Shown here one piece after another: positions 25,601-41,868 of a DNA stretch of 64,000 nt. The DNA is from Zygnema circumcarinatum SAG 698-1b (Eukaryota; Plantae; Zygnematophyceae): assembly GCA_037447605.1 (NCBI GenBank), contig CM074823.1, positions 620,001 to 684,000 on the forward strand. The letters are read 5' to 3'. A model generated the notes under the pieces. That model searched no databases. It was not told where the DNA came from and was given only the letters and a program-made list of their open reading frames with translations. The position numbers and the translations under genes were made by a program. How positions within the stretch are numbered: position 1 is the first letter of the stretch; each line of letters begins with the position of its first letter.

Positions 25601-26673
25601 CCGTTTTCCGTTTTCCGATTTCCGTTTTGTTCCGTTTTCCATTTTCCGTTTTCCGCATTCCGTCTTCCGTATTCCGTATTCCGTATTCCGTATTCCGTAT
25701 TCCGTATCCCCTGCAGACCTGCCGGCGGCGTACATATACGAGCCGTGGACGGCGCCGCTGGAAGTGCAGAGGAGGGCGAACTGCGTCGTGGGAAAGGACT
25801 ACCCCTTTCCAGGCGAGTCGGGATACGGAATTACTGAATAGACTGAACTTGGGACTGAAACTGAAACTGAAAATGAAGTATTGCTTTGGTATTGGAATTT
25901 AGGGACGTGAGGAGATCAAAATATTCAGAAAAACCTTGGAAAGCGGAGGGTTAGGTTTGGGCCCTCTCCAATCTGTCTTATAAGCTTCATGCTGGTTCTG
26001 AAAACCCTAAAAATCTAAAATGTCTAAACTTCAAAATCTCTGAATCCCCTGAAAACGCTAAAAATGCTTAAAACACTAACGACCCTAAAAACCCTAAAAC
26101 CCTAATGACCGTAAAAACCCTTAAAACCCTAAAGACCCTAAAAACTCTAAAAACCGAAACGACCCTAAAACCCTTAAAACCCTAAAAAACTTAAACCCTA
26201 AAGACCGTAAAAACCCTAAACCCTACAGACCCTAAAGACCCTAAAGACCCTAAAGACCCTAAAACCCTAAAGACCCTAAAACCCTAAAGACCCTAAAACC
26301 CTAAACCCTACCAACCCTAAAGTCCCTAAAAGCCCACCTGTGTCTCTGTTCCATGTGTTCCATTTCAGTTGTGGATCACGGAACGGAAAATGTAAAGTGT
26401 CGGAGCCGCATGGGCGAAGCATACGCTCTGAACCGCGGCGGGCCGCCCTCAGAGGACCAACTCGCGGCGCTACGGACAAAGTTCTACGCCGCGCCGACCG
26501 GCCAATCGGAAGCGTCCGGAAGGCGGAAAAAGGGTACGGAAAAGGTGGAGGAGGTTACGGAAACAGTCGAGGTGACGTCATCCGTGAACGGCGATGACGT
26601 CACTGGTGAAAACTCGGAGGGCGGTTCGAAGAGGAAGAAGCGACAACGAAAGCTGACGGATTTCAGCAAATGA
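14761..26673 (+). CDS. UVR3: (6-4) DNA photolyase, 14 exons, ~584 aa when duplicated exon copies are collapsed
   Basis: Exons: 14761-15081 ([16 protein letters not shown]), 15689-15760, 16192-16272, 16773-16946, 17278-17349, 17545-17631 ([20 protein letters not shown]), 18192-18290 ([18 protein letters not shown]), 20859-20942 (LLWREFFY), 21572-21661 ([10 protein letters not shown]), 21893-21964 ([20 protein letters not shown]), 22479-22592 ([18 protein letters not shown]), 24938-25025, 25717-25812 (YIYEPWTAP), 26369-26673. All junction phases are consistent. Extra exon copies lie at 18475-18546, 18742-18828, 19373-19471, 19658-19745 and 20574-20672. Confidence 0.96.
22095..22460. repeat. ~100-bp CT-rich minisatellite, about 3.5 copies, in a UVR3 intron
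   Basis: The block CCCCCCTCCACTCTCCCTCTTTCGTCCACACGCTCTCTTTCCCTCTCAC recurs at ~22112, 22211, 22311 and 22412. Confidence 0.8.
25285..25710 (+). repeat. Telomere-like (CCCTAAA)n followed by (TTTTCCG/TATTCCG)n heptamer tract in a UVR3 intron
   Basis: Direct reading. Confidence 0.85.
26000..26330 (+). repeat. Degenerate (CCCTAAA/CCCTAAAGA)n tract in the last UVR3 intron
   Basis: Direct reading. Confidence 0.85.
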
Positions 26674-26914
26674 TTTTTTTCTTTTTTTTTTTTTTGGTGT
26701 AGATATGTGTTCTGAATTCCTATACTGCTGGACTGCATAGCATATAAATAGGCAGTTCTCAGTAAAAAAAAGAAAAAAAAATTGTATATGTCCATAATTT
26801 GGTGCTTATTTGATAAGGTCTCCAAGAACAGAGTATAACATCAATTAACTGATGCTACTTTCTTCCTGCATTGGGACGAATCCAACTCATAGAAAAGCGA
26901 AAAAGGAGAAAGGT

Positions 26915-27030
26915 ATGGGTATGGGTATGGGTATGCGTATGGGTATGGGTATGGGTATGGGCATGGGTATGGGCATGGGTATGGGCATGAACATGGGCAT
27001 GGGCATGGGCATGGGTGTGGGTATGGGTAC
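26915..27030. repeat. (ATGGGT/ATGGGC)n hexamer microsatellite
   Basis: Direct reading. Confidence 0.9.
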
Positions 27031-28729
27031 TACAAGGCTAGAAGCGGTTTTAGTAATCGTTAACCATTTAACTGGTGGAACTCCAGAGCCGCGATTTCAT
27101 GGAACTGCGAGCTAGTTTGACTGTAAAGCGGCAGCTTTGGGTTCGGAGATAAGGACCGTACGGATGCCTCGTACGGCTCAAGTGCTTGAATGTGGCCAAC
27201 ATGTCGCAGCAACAAGAGGTCGTGGTGACTCACTAACTACGGCTGGCCACTGCTGGATCTCCGCCGTCCGATTCTCTAGAAAATCAATGCTTCAATGCTT
27301 CACCAATGCTTTCCAACCATTGGTGCCAGATCAAAACAACCATTCTAATGGTTCGGAACTAGTGATGCCAACGGTTGGCAACCAGTTGCCAACGACTAGA
27401 CGTCCAACCATTGCCAACTAATGGTTGTCCAATGGTTGCCGATCCAATGGTCCCACCTAGGAAGTGTTGAGGGCCCCATGTCTTCCAAAAACCGCCCCTG
27501 CGTGGCAGCATCAAGCGGCTGGCCACTGCTGGATCTCCGCCGTCCGATTCTGGCGGATCGACGGTCCCACAGGGCCGTGCCGCCCTCCAGATTCTGGGGG
27601 CGGCACCGACACCGGCGCGTGGTGCTTACCTCGACACGACAAAAACGCGACCGTTCCGAGGTCGGAACATGCGATTTCAACCGTACAGCCACCGACACCC
27701 AAAGTACGGACACGCGTACATGCCACGCGTTCGTACAGTAGAACGTCGGCCGCCAGCGGCTGGCGCACCGCCGTAACACAATTCGTACACCAAGCTTGTC
27801 GTGTTCCTACAGTACAGCCAGCAGACTGTACGAAAAGCAGCTTTCCGGACCTCGAAAAAGTTAACAAAATCAGGATAAAACGGGAAATCCAGTGAGCCGG
27901 AAACAGCGGATCCAATCTGAAGCTTCCACGTCAGACTCATTGGCCACGTAGCAGACAGCCCCTGGATGACACAACGATGAATTTTTTCGACCCTCTACTC
28001 AAACTTCTCTCCCTGCTGACGATGACGCTCCCTAACAAACAAAAGAGATTGAAACGTGGACCATTCTTTATCCGCCACATGTCATCACGTCAGCCAGGTT
28101 CGTCTAGGACTTCAAACCGGCCTTAGTACGGTAGAACCGGGCGAGCTCCTCCAACGCTGACGTGACGACCCGTGCCACAGTTAAGCGTTACGATTGACTC
28201 CGTTCCGTGTTTGTTTTGACAACGTGGCGCCGACGTGGATCGTAAGAACAAAAATATCCTGTACGGAATCCCAGAAAAAGATCCAAACGAGGATTGTGAC
28301 ACGTGGCCGACGGAGATTAGAACAAGACAAGGTCTCAACTCTGTACGGATCTTGACTGGTGTACGGAAAGTGTGTGACCGTACGGTCAAACGGAAGTCCG
28401 AGGACCGAGGCAGAGGCGGCGTGTTGGGTACTGAGTGGGAGAGGGAGAGAGTGGGGACAGCGGGAGGGAGAGGGGAGAGAGGGGAGAGAGGGAGAGGGAG
28501 CGAGCGACAGGGAGAGGGGGAGAGAGATAGGGATAGAGAGGGGGAGTGGAAGACAGAGGGAGAGAGAGAAAGAGGGGAATAGTGGGAGAGAGACAGGGAT
28601 AGAGAGGAGAGGGAGAGCGAGGGAGAGAGGGAGAGAGGGAGAGAGGGAGAGAGGGAGCGAGGGATAGAGAGGGAAAGAGTGCGAGTGAGAGGAGGCGAGA
28701 GGGAGAGGCGGGGAGGCTTGCCCTCTGCC

Positions 28730-34200
<5,471 letters not shown>

Positions 34201-35132
34201 TAGGGTTGGGGTTTAGGGTTTTAGGGTTTGGGGGGTGAGGGGGTTTGGGGGTGAGGGGGTGAGGGGGTGTGGGGGTTTGGGGGTGAGGGGGTTTTGGGGT
34301 GAGGGGGTTTGGGGGTGTGGGGGTCATAGGGTTTGGGGGGTTGAGAGAGGGTGGCCACTTGTTGTGTTTGGAGGAGGTATTGGACGCATGTGTAAGCTGA
34401 GAAGGGCTAGGACTAGGGCTAGGGGGTGGGCGAGGGCGAGAGTTATGTATGAGTATTGACATAAAGAGGGCAAGGGTTGAAGGTTTTTTGGGAGAGGGAA
34501 AGGGAGAGGGAGAGGAAGAAGGGGAGGGAGAGGGAAAAGAGAGGAATTGTGTGTAGACTCCATATTTATGATTGACACGGCGAGGTTGATGTGTCAACAT
34601 TGGCATTCGCTCCTTTCACTTTTAGAACGGCCTTGTGAGTTGTGAGGTGCCAAGTTTGACGGCGCGGAACCATGCCAAGTCATTGTGTTGAACAATGTCC
34701 CAGCGATGAATGAGCGCAAACCATGAAAAAAGGAAGGCGACCTTGTGGTTTGTTGTGTGTCTATCAGTTGGAATCTGCCACGTGGCATCTCGAGAGCCTA
34801 TTTTACTCGTAGGTCACCATGGGGGCCTCCACAACTGCAAGAGTCGCTCAGGTTTATCCTGACTTTCCTTTAGTGCAGCCACCATGGAATAGACCTCCAA
34901 ATGCAGCCGCCAATAGCTCGGGTTACATCACTAAAAAGTAGAAACTCGACCTTGAGCTCGTCTAAGAGCGATTTCAACTCTGCGGAGCCTTTCTTTAGCT
35001 GATTTTGCGCTGTTAGATACCGAGAGAGACACAATGGTCCCCCCTGCACAAACCTTGCTAGAAGCGAACCAATTACTCAATGTGGAGCATACAATTATTG
35101 ACTATACAAACAACCTCGCTTGTTAGGACTGG

Positions 35133-35586
35133 TGTAGCGAAACGCTATACATGTGTTGTACGGCCTATTACTTACATCTACGGTTGCCTTTTAATGGTAA
35201 AGCACATGTGTGGGTACCGGGAGGTCCTGTGTTCGAACCCTCTTGAGGGCGGGTTTGTTACAGTGATATCAGAGCCTAATGACCGGTATTTGTAATCCAC
35301 CCTAAAAACACCGTGATCTTTGAGCATGGTACGGGAACCTGTTCCTTAGTGGCCTGAGGGGCTAAAACCGTAGTCCATGTGTTGAAGGAGCTTGAACGTT
35401 GCTCGTGAAAAACCTTGGGTGCGCTTGAGGACAAGCCCGGTTTAGGTGGGGAGGAATGTAGCGAAACGCTATACATGTGTTGTATGGCCTAATACTTACA
35501 TCCGCGGTTGCCTTTTAGTGGTAAAGCACATGTGTGGGTACCAGGAGGTCCTGTGTTCGAACCCTCTTGATGGCGAATTTGTTACA
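35133..35586 (+). mobile_element. TRIM (terminal-repeat retrotransposon in miniature) with 130-bp LTRs containing a tRNA-like segment
   Basis: LTRs at 35133-35262 and 35457-35586 (9 differences, TGTA...TACA termini). PBS-like GTGATATCAGAGCC lies directly after the 5' LTR (cf. tRNA-iMet PBS TGGTATCAGAGC). Polypurine tract AGGTGGGGAGGAA lies directly before the 3' LTR. The 194-bp interior is non-coding. No 5-bp TSD (ACTGG vs GAGAG). Confidence 0.85.
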
Positions 35587-35677
35587 GAGAGAGAGGGACT
35601 GGGATTGGGAGGGGAGATTGGTTTGGGAAAGAGGGAGGGATTGGGACAGAGCGAGAGGCAAGCTGAGAGAGAGACGA

Positions 35678-37016
35678 ATGGGAGTGCGGAGGAGGAGATT
35701 GGCATCGTGTGATGCACGGGCGTGCCTCGGCGGGGTGTATTCTGCCATCTTTGGGGAGGCCAATAGAAGGGATTCGGAGATTCTTTCGGCGGAGGGGCGC
35801 TTCTATTTGGGGGGGAGCCTTTACTCCGCTGTTTTTGGAGAAGGCCGAGAGGAGCCTTTCTCCCTTCTCCTTCCGGAGTTCGAGTTCTTTCAGCCCTCGG
35901 AGCGATTCGACTTACTCCACAAGTTGGGCGAAAGAGGTTTCAGGACCGTGTGGGCGTGTCACGATTGTGTGACATCGGAGTTGGTCGCATGCAAATGCAT
36001 GTCAAAAGAGGCTTTGCAATGCATTGCCGATGTGGAGGCATTGGAGGTAGAGGCCCTCGTTATGTGGTGCCTCTGAGATAATCATCTCTTCATCAAATTA
36101 AGGCAAGCTTTTCAAGATGACTGTAATATTTATTTTGTCATGGAGTTATGCGAAGGGGGGTCCCTCCTCGATGAAGTGAACGAATGGGGAGGATGCTTTC
36201 CTGAATGGAAAGTAGCTGAAATATTTGGTCAAATTTGCAGAGGGATGGCAGACATGCATTCGAGAAATCTCTTACATAGAGATTTAAAACTCGAAAACAT
36301 TTAGCGAAGGATAATGGGGAAGGGATAAAGTCCATTAAGATCGCGAACTTTGGGTTGTCGCTCGGACTCGAGCAAGGAACGGAAATGTATGGAGGTGTTT
36401 GCGGGACACCTTTATATATGGCGCCCAAGGTGAGGGGGGATGAGGCTTATGGAATGCTTGCAGACATTTGGTCTGCGGGCATTCTTTTATATCGGATTTG
36501 GGGGGCGACTTCCCCTCCCGGGATAGGCAGCCCTTTTGTAGGCCGTAGTGGGAAAATGTGTCAACCCACGCTAAGCGTTTAATTTCTCAAATGTTATCGA
36601 CCAAGGAGCATAGGCCAACATTCCAAGGTATTCTAAATGATGGATGGCTTAATGCTTGGTTGAGGGAGGAGGAAATGATTGCTTGGGTGGGAGGAGAAGA
36701 CGAAGAGAGCGAAGAGGCGGCAGAAATGGATCGCGGCGAGGCGATAGGAGTGGCAAGAAAGAAGCGATTAGGATTCGATGATTTAGTCACGGAGAAAGGA
36801 AAGAAGCGGTTGAAGGGAGGAAAAAGAGGCGAAGGGAAAAAGAGGCAAGAGAATATCGGTGAATGGAGGGGAGAGGGAGAGGCTGCAAGTCAGCCAGGTG
36901 GAGATAGAAAGAGAAAAAAATTGGAGTGGAGGGAGGAGGGAGAAGGAAGGAATGAGGAAAAGGATGAGAAAGAAGAGGGAGTGAGAGGGACGAGGGAATA
37001 TGATTATGCTCAGTAG
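35678..37016 (+). pseudogene. Intronless CAMK-group (CDPK/PPCK-like) Ser/Thr kinase pseudogene
   Basis: Subdomains readable: KLGERGFRTVW, VACKCMSK, YFVMELCEGGSL, HRDLKLENI, IKIANFGLS (DFG to NFG), GTPLYMAPK (APE to APK), ADIWSAGILLY, WENVSTHAKRLISQML. In-frame TGA at 36074-36076 and frameshifts near 36300 and 36490. Confidence 0.85.
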
Positions 37017-37064
37017 GGAGAGGCAGAGTGCGGCTGCTTCTTCTACTTTCTCTACTTCGTCTTC

Positions 37065-37222
37065 TTTTTCATCTTCTTGTGGAAGAATATGTTGGAGTGG
37101 GCAGAGGAGGCCTTCGCCATGCTCGTGTTTCTTGCCGCGCCAATTTTTCATCTTCTTGTGGAAGAATATGTTGGAGTGGGCAGAGGAGGCCTTCGCCATG
37201 CTCGTGTTTCTTGCCGCGCCAA
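37065..37222. repeat. 79-bp tandem duplication
   Basis: TTTTTCATCTTCTTGTGGAAGAATATG...CTTGCCGCGCCAA occurs at 37065 and 37144. Confidence 0.9.
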
Positions 37223-37844
37223 GGAGGGAGAGGTTGGGGGAAAAGGGGCAAAGAGATGGGCCAAGTCTATTCTGAGTTATTTTTAGTTAGTGTTTTCAAT
37301 CTGCCGCTTCCAATTTGGGGAAGAAGGCGATCAATGAAGTTTTGAAAGCAGTGGATTGCAACTTTACTTTATTTTATTCATTTCAACTTCGTCGTTCCAT
37401 TCGGCGAAGAAAGAAGAAGGCTGTGAAAGGCAGCCATTCGGTTGCTTGAAGTCACCAAAAAAATGCCAGAATTTGGCATTAAATAATTTCAATGGCTCAT
37501 TTGTGATGATAGCGAAAGCTTAGCTTCCGTTTTCCTATTCTCGAGCAGCAGTTTGTTGTAGATGAACTCAGAAAATTAGGCTTTTTTTTTTTAAACTTCC
37601 ACTGCTTTTGGCAGTCACTTTATTTTCAACAAAACTACACTCTGAAATTTCTGATATGACTTTTTTTCAACTGTATGTGATCTTCTAAAAATGCAAATTC
37701 TACGATGCGTGTTTTCTCTTTGCTCATTTTCTTCTTTTGTGTAGATGGACATGCTCTGCTGAATTTATTTTATTTTATTTTGTTCTGTTTTGTCGCGGCA
37801 GAGCGCATGAGTGCGCACTTTGTGAGACTAGTCAGAAGATTTAG

Positions 37845-38480
37845 GGGTCAGGCTAGGCTTAGGGTCTAGGGTGTAGGGTGTAGGGTCTAGGGTCTAGGCT
37901 CTAAGGTCTAAGGTCTAGGGTGTAGGGTATACAAGTCAGGGTTCAAGGATTAGGGATTGGGATGAGGGGTTTGCGGACTTTGGGCTCAGGCTTTAGGGTT
38001 AAGGACTCAGGGTTCAGGGACCGGGGTTCAGGGTTTTGGTTGCAGGGTTTAGTGTGAAGGGTTTAGGGTTTGTAGGACTTAGGGTTCAGGGTTCCTGGTC
38101 TACGGTTTGGGGTGTGGGATTTAGCGTTCAGTTGTCCTCAGGGTTCAAGGACTAGAGATTAGAGATTAGGGTTTAGTGTTTATAATTTTGTGGGTTCAGA
38201 GTGTAGGGTTAGAGGGGGGTAGGGTTTTGGGGGGTTTAGGTTTTAGGTTTTAAAGAGCGTTCAGGCTTCAGGGTTGAGGGTTCAAGGTTCAGAGTCAGGG
38301 TTCAGTGTTCAGGGTTTAGAAGTCAGGGTTCAGGGTTCAGGTTCTAGGATTAGGGTTCAGTGTTGAGGGGGGCTGAGAATTGAGGGTTGAAGTTTTAGGG
38401 TTTGGTTAGGGTTTAGGATTCAAGGGTTAGAGTTCAAGGGGCTAGGGCTCAGGGTCCAGGGTTTGGGGTTCAGGGTAGGC
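37845..38480 (+). repeat. Highly degenerate telomere-like tract (TTTAGGG/TTCAGGG/TCTAGGG)
   Basis: Direct reading. Confidence 0.8.
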
Positions 38481-39412
38481 TTGCCGTGCTAGAGCAATAT
38501 GTTAAACTTGGGAATTCATGGTCTGCCGTTGGATTCGTCACTTTAGACATGCGGGGACGTTCAGACCGTTGGATAGGCACTTGTGAAATCTATGGAGGAT
38601 GGCCGTTCGATCTGCCACGTGGCAGTTAATGAGGTTAGTGCCGCGCCATGCCATGCCATGCCTCGTCGGTGCCATGCCTCGTCGGTGCCATGCCATGCCG
38701 CGCCATGCCATTCCGGCCGTTGGATCCACCACGTAGCAGGTACGGAGGTTCTGGTTCTACCACGTCGACACATGATATTTCCTGTCACCTGGCAGCCCAT
38801 CATTGGCTGCTGGAGATATTTTATGTGTCTAAATCTAACAACGGAGCTGTGCTATTAACGTGATCCTGTGTACACGTAGGAAATTTCCTGCAATATTTGG
38901 ACTACTCACAGATCGTCACGTAGCCAAAATCTCTGACGTGGCACGTTGTGACTGGCGCATGCCGTCAAAGGTCTTGACGGGCGGTTTAAGGGTTTTGACT
39001 TTTGCGAATTCCAGTTTAGCGCGGAACTCGCAGGCGGGTCAACAGACGACTCTGAGGCAATCAGCGGACGTCACATCACGTCATTGTCCACGTGGCAGTT
39101 TCACATTGGCCGAAATATCGGGTCATGGTCTCTTCAGGATTGTACGTTTGGATTTAGTTTTTCAGGGTTCAGGGTTTAGGGTTTAAGGTTCAGGGACACA
39201 GGTGTAGGTTTTTAGGGTTAGGGTCTAGGGTATGTGGTAGGGTTTAGGGTTTTAGGGTTGGGGTGTCTCAAGGCGTTTTCAAGACTAAGAGATCCGGAGA
39301 CAGCTGGAACTGGAACTGGAACTTTCTCTCGCTCCCTCCCTCCCTCTCTCTTTGCAAATTCTGGAGGCCAAACCGTCTTCCGTAGAAACCACGAGTTTCT
39401 TGCAGTCCCTTT

Positions 39413-41830
39413 ATGGCCGCGACTAGCCGCTCCCGCGCACTCTCTCTCAGCAGAGGGAGACGCCCTGAGAGAGAGGCGCAGAGTGCGAGGGGGAGAGAGA
39501 GGGGGAGGGAGAGAGAGGAGGAGGAGGAGGGCGTCAGCGTGGAGGCGTACAGCGCTCTGGAGCTCCGCCAGGCTCTTGTACGGAGGTGAGGGAGGCTGTA
39601 TCCTAGGCCTTGAACCCTAGCCCTTGAACCCTAGCCCTTGAACCCTAACCCTTGAACCCTAGCCCTTAAACCCTCCCCCTTGAACCCTCTCTCTTAAACC
39701 CTCCCCCTTAAACCATCCCCCCTTAAACCCTACAGAGAGGACTATGTGGAAGCGGCGGCTGAGCTGGCAGCCCTCCTTCTGAGCGCGTACGGAGGCTGTC
39801 GGAAGATGACGCAAGTCGCGCTCTTTGCTGACGTCATGCACGGACTGCAGCAGGTTTCTGTGTACGCTCCATGAACTTATCTGCACGAGACTCTCTCTCT
39901 CTCTCTTTCTCTTTCTCTCTCTCTCTCTCTCTCTTTATCCCTGTTTCTGTCTCTCCCTTTGTCTCTCCGTCGGTCTTCGGAACGGCCGCTTTGTTTCTCA
40001 CTCTCTCTCTCTCGCTCTCTCCCTCGCTCTTGCTCTCTCTCTGCCTATCTTCGGAACGGAGTCTCTCGCTCTGCCTCTCACTTTTCCTACTCCTGTAGCT
40101 TTCCTTCATGTGAAACTCTTTCTCACGCCCTCTTCCCCTATGTCTAAGATTCTCATTATGTGGGTATCCTTCTTCTTCTCTCTACCTCTCCATATCTGTT
40201 TGCCTTATCATGTTGGTCTCTCCTCCGGCCCCCTCTCTCGCTCCTTTTCTCCTCTCTCCTCACTCTCACTCGCTTCCTCTCTCCCTCTCTCTCCTTTGTC
40301 AACATTGGGAGAAGCGATTGCAGAATGGAGGGGAGCCGCCAACTCGCCGCTGCCCAAAGACTTCTCCGAGCAGCAGGTCAGCAATCGCATTAATTTAAAG
40401 AAACCCGAAATGCAATTGCATTTCAACTGTTAAAAAATGTCAAATGCTTTGATTTACTCATAACGCATAATATCCTAAATATTGAAAGGTTCAAAATATT
40501 GCAAAAACAAAATAAATAGTTTTTGAATCCTACAAAGCCTGAGAGTAAAAGGTCTTCAGAACAACCTTCAGAAGCCTCCTTGATTAAAAAGTAAGAAATC
40601 CTTAGGGTACTCATATGGTTAAGAATGACTTTCGAATGACTAAGGATTTCTGGAATGTATTGGAAGGTCTCAGACTTTCTGAATTCGCCACTTTCTGGGA
40701 ACTACCGTACTGGAGTTTAAGCTCTTGAAAACCCAAAAGTTTGTAACCTAATAACTTAACTGAAGATGCGATCCTTCACAAGTTCTGAAACTGTACAACA
40801 CAGCCATCTTGCCTGAAAGTCAACGTTCTGTTTCCTGATTCCCATCTCCTCCCTCCTCTCCCTCCCCGCTCTCCCTCTCTCCCCTCCCTCCCTCCCTTCC
40901 NNNNNNNNNNCCCTCCCCTCCCTCCCTCAGAAGCAGTCCTCCCCATGCAGCGGCGTGCGGCCGCCAGTTCCGTGTACAAGAGAGCAGCTCTTGCTCTGCA
41001 TCGCCGTAAAAAGCGGTCTGGGAATGGTGAGGAACATACATATCCTACTGCAAGTAGAACATATAATAGTATAAAGTATACAATTACGTGGAGCATAATC
41101 ATTTTAGCATTTATAGGTGCTTTGATATTGTTATATGACTCTGTATCTTACTGTTTAGTGTTTTTCGTAAACCTTAAATTTGAACTCGAGTGGGGATGAG
41201 CGCTGAGTGACAGGTGGCGGCGCCTCATTGGCTTCGGACACGGTGGACGATGATGCGATTGGTGAGTGCTAACAATGGTTTTGGTGTTATTAGTGTTTTA
41301 GGGCCTTCAGGGATTTTTTCTAGCTCTCTCTCTCTCTCTCTCTCCCTCACTTTTGCTCTCTTGCACTCTCTCTCTCTGTCTCTCTCTCTCCCGCTCTCTC
41401 CCTTTCTCTCTCTCCCTCTCTCTCTTCCCCTGTCTCTCTTTCTCTCTCTCCCCCCCCCTCTCTCTATCTCTCACTTCCCCTCCCTCTTTCTCTCTCTCTC
41501 AATTTCGCTTTTTTTTTTTTTTGCAGAGGCTGCCCAGCTGCCCGAAGACGTGGTCAGCCTCGCCTTCGAATTTTTGGACCCCTCCTCACTGGCCTGCGCA
41601 GCCGCCGTCTGCCACGCGTGGCGCCACGTGGCGGCTCGGGAGGCCCTCTGGGAGCGCCACTTCCGATCGCATTTTGCTGACATGGCACCTCCTGATTGGG
41701 CGCTGGGCCCTGAAAAGGGCGAGGGAGAGAAACCGTACGGATGGCAGAAGGCCTTCAGCCTCGCACAAGAAAGTAGGGCTTTTATATTTGTAGGGTTTCA
41801 TGTTCTTGTCTTTCTCACTCCCTCTCTCTT

Positions 41831-41868
<38 letters not shown>

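Noticed and set aside
26852-27115. ORF with (MG)n repeat
   Set aside because: Explained by an ATGGGY microsatellite 3' of UVR3; no other coding signal.
35185-35245. Functional tRNA-Pro gene in each LTR
   Set aside because: Loop motifs are tRNA-like, but the acceptor, anticodon and T stems do not pair. Treated as tRNA-derived LTR sequence, not a tRNA gene.
38630-38715. (GCCAT)n stretch as a structured RNA or miRNA hairpin
   Set aside because: Short pentamer microsatellite with a local duplication; no extended complementary arm.
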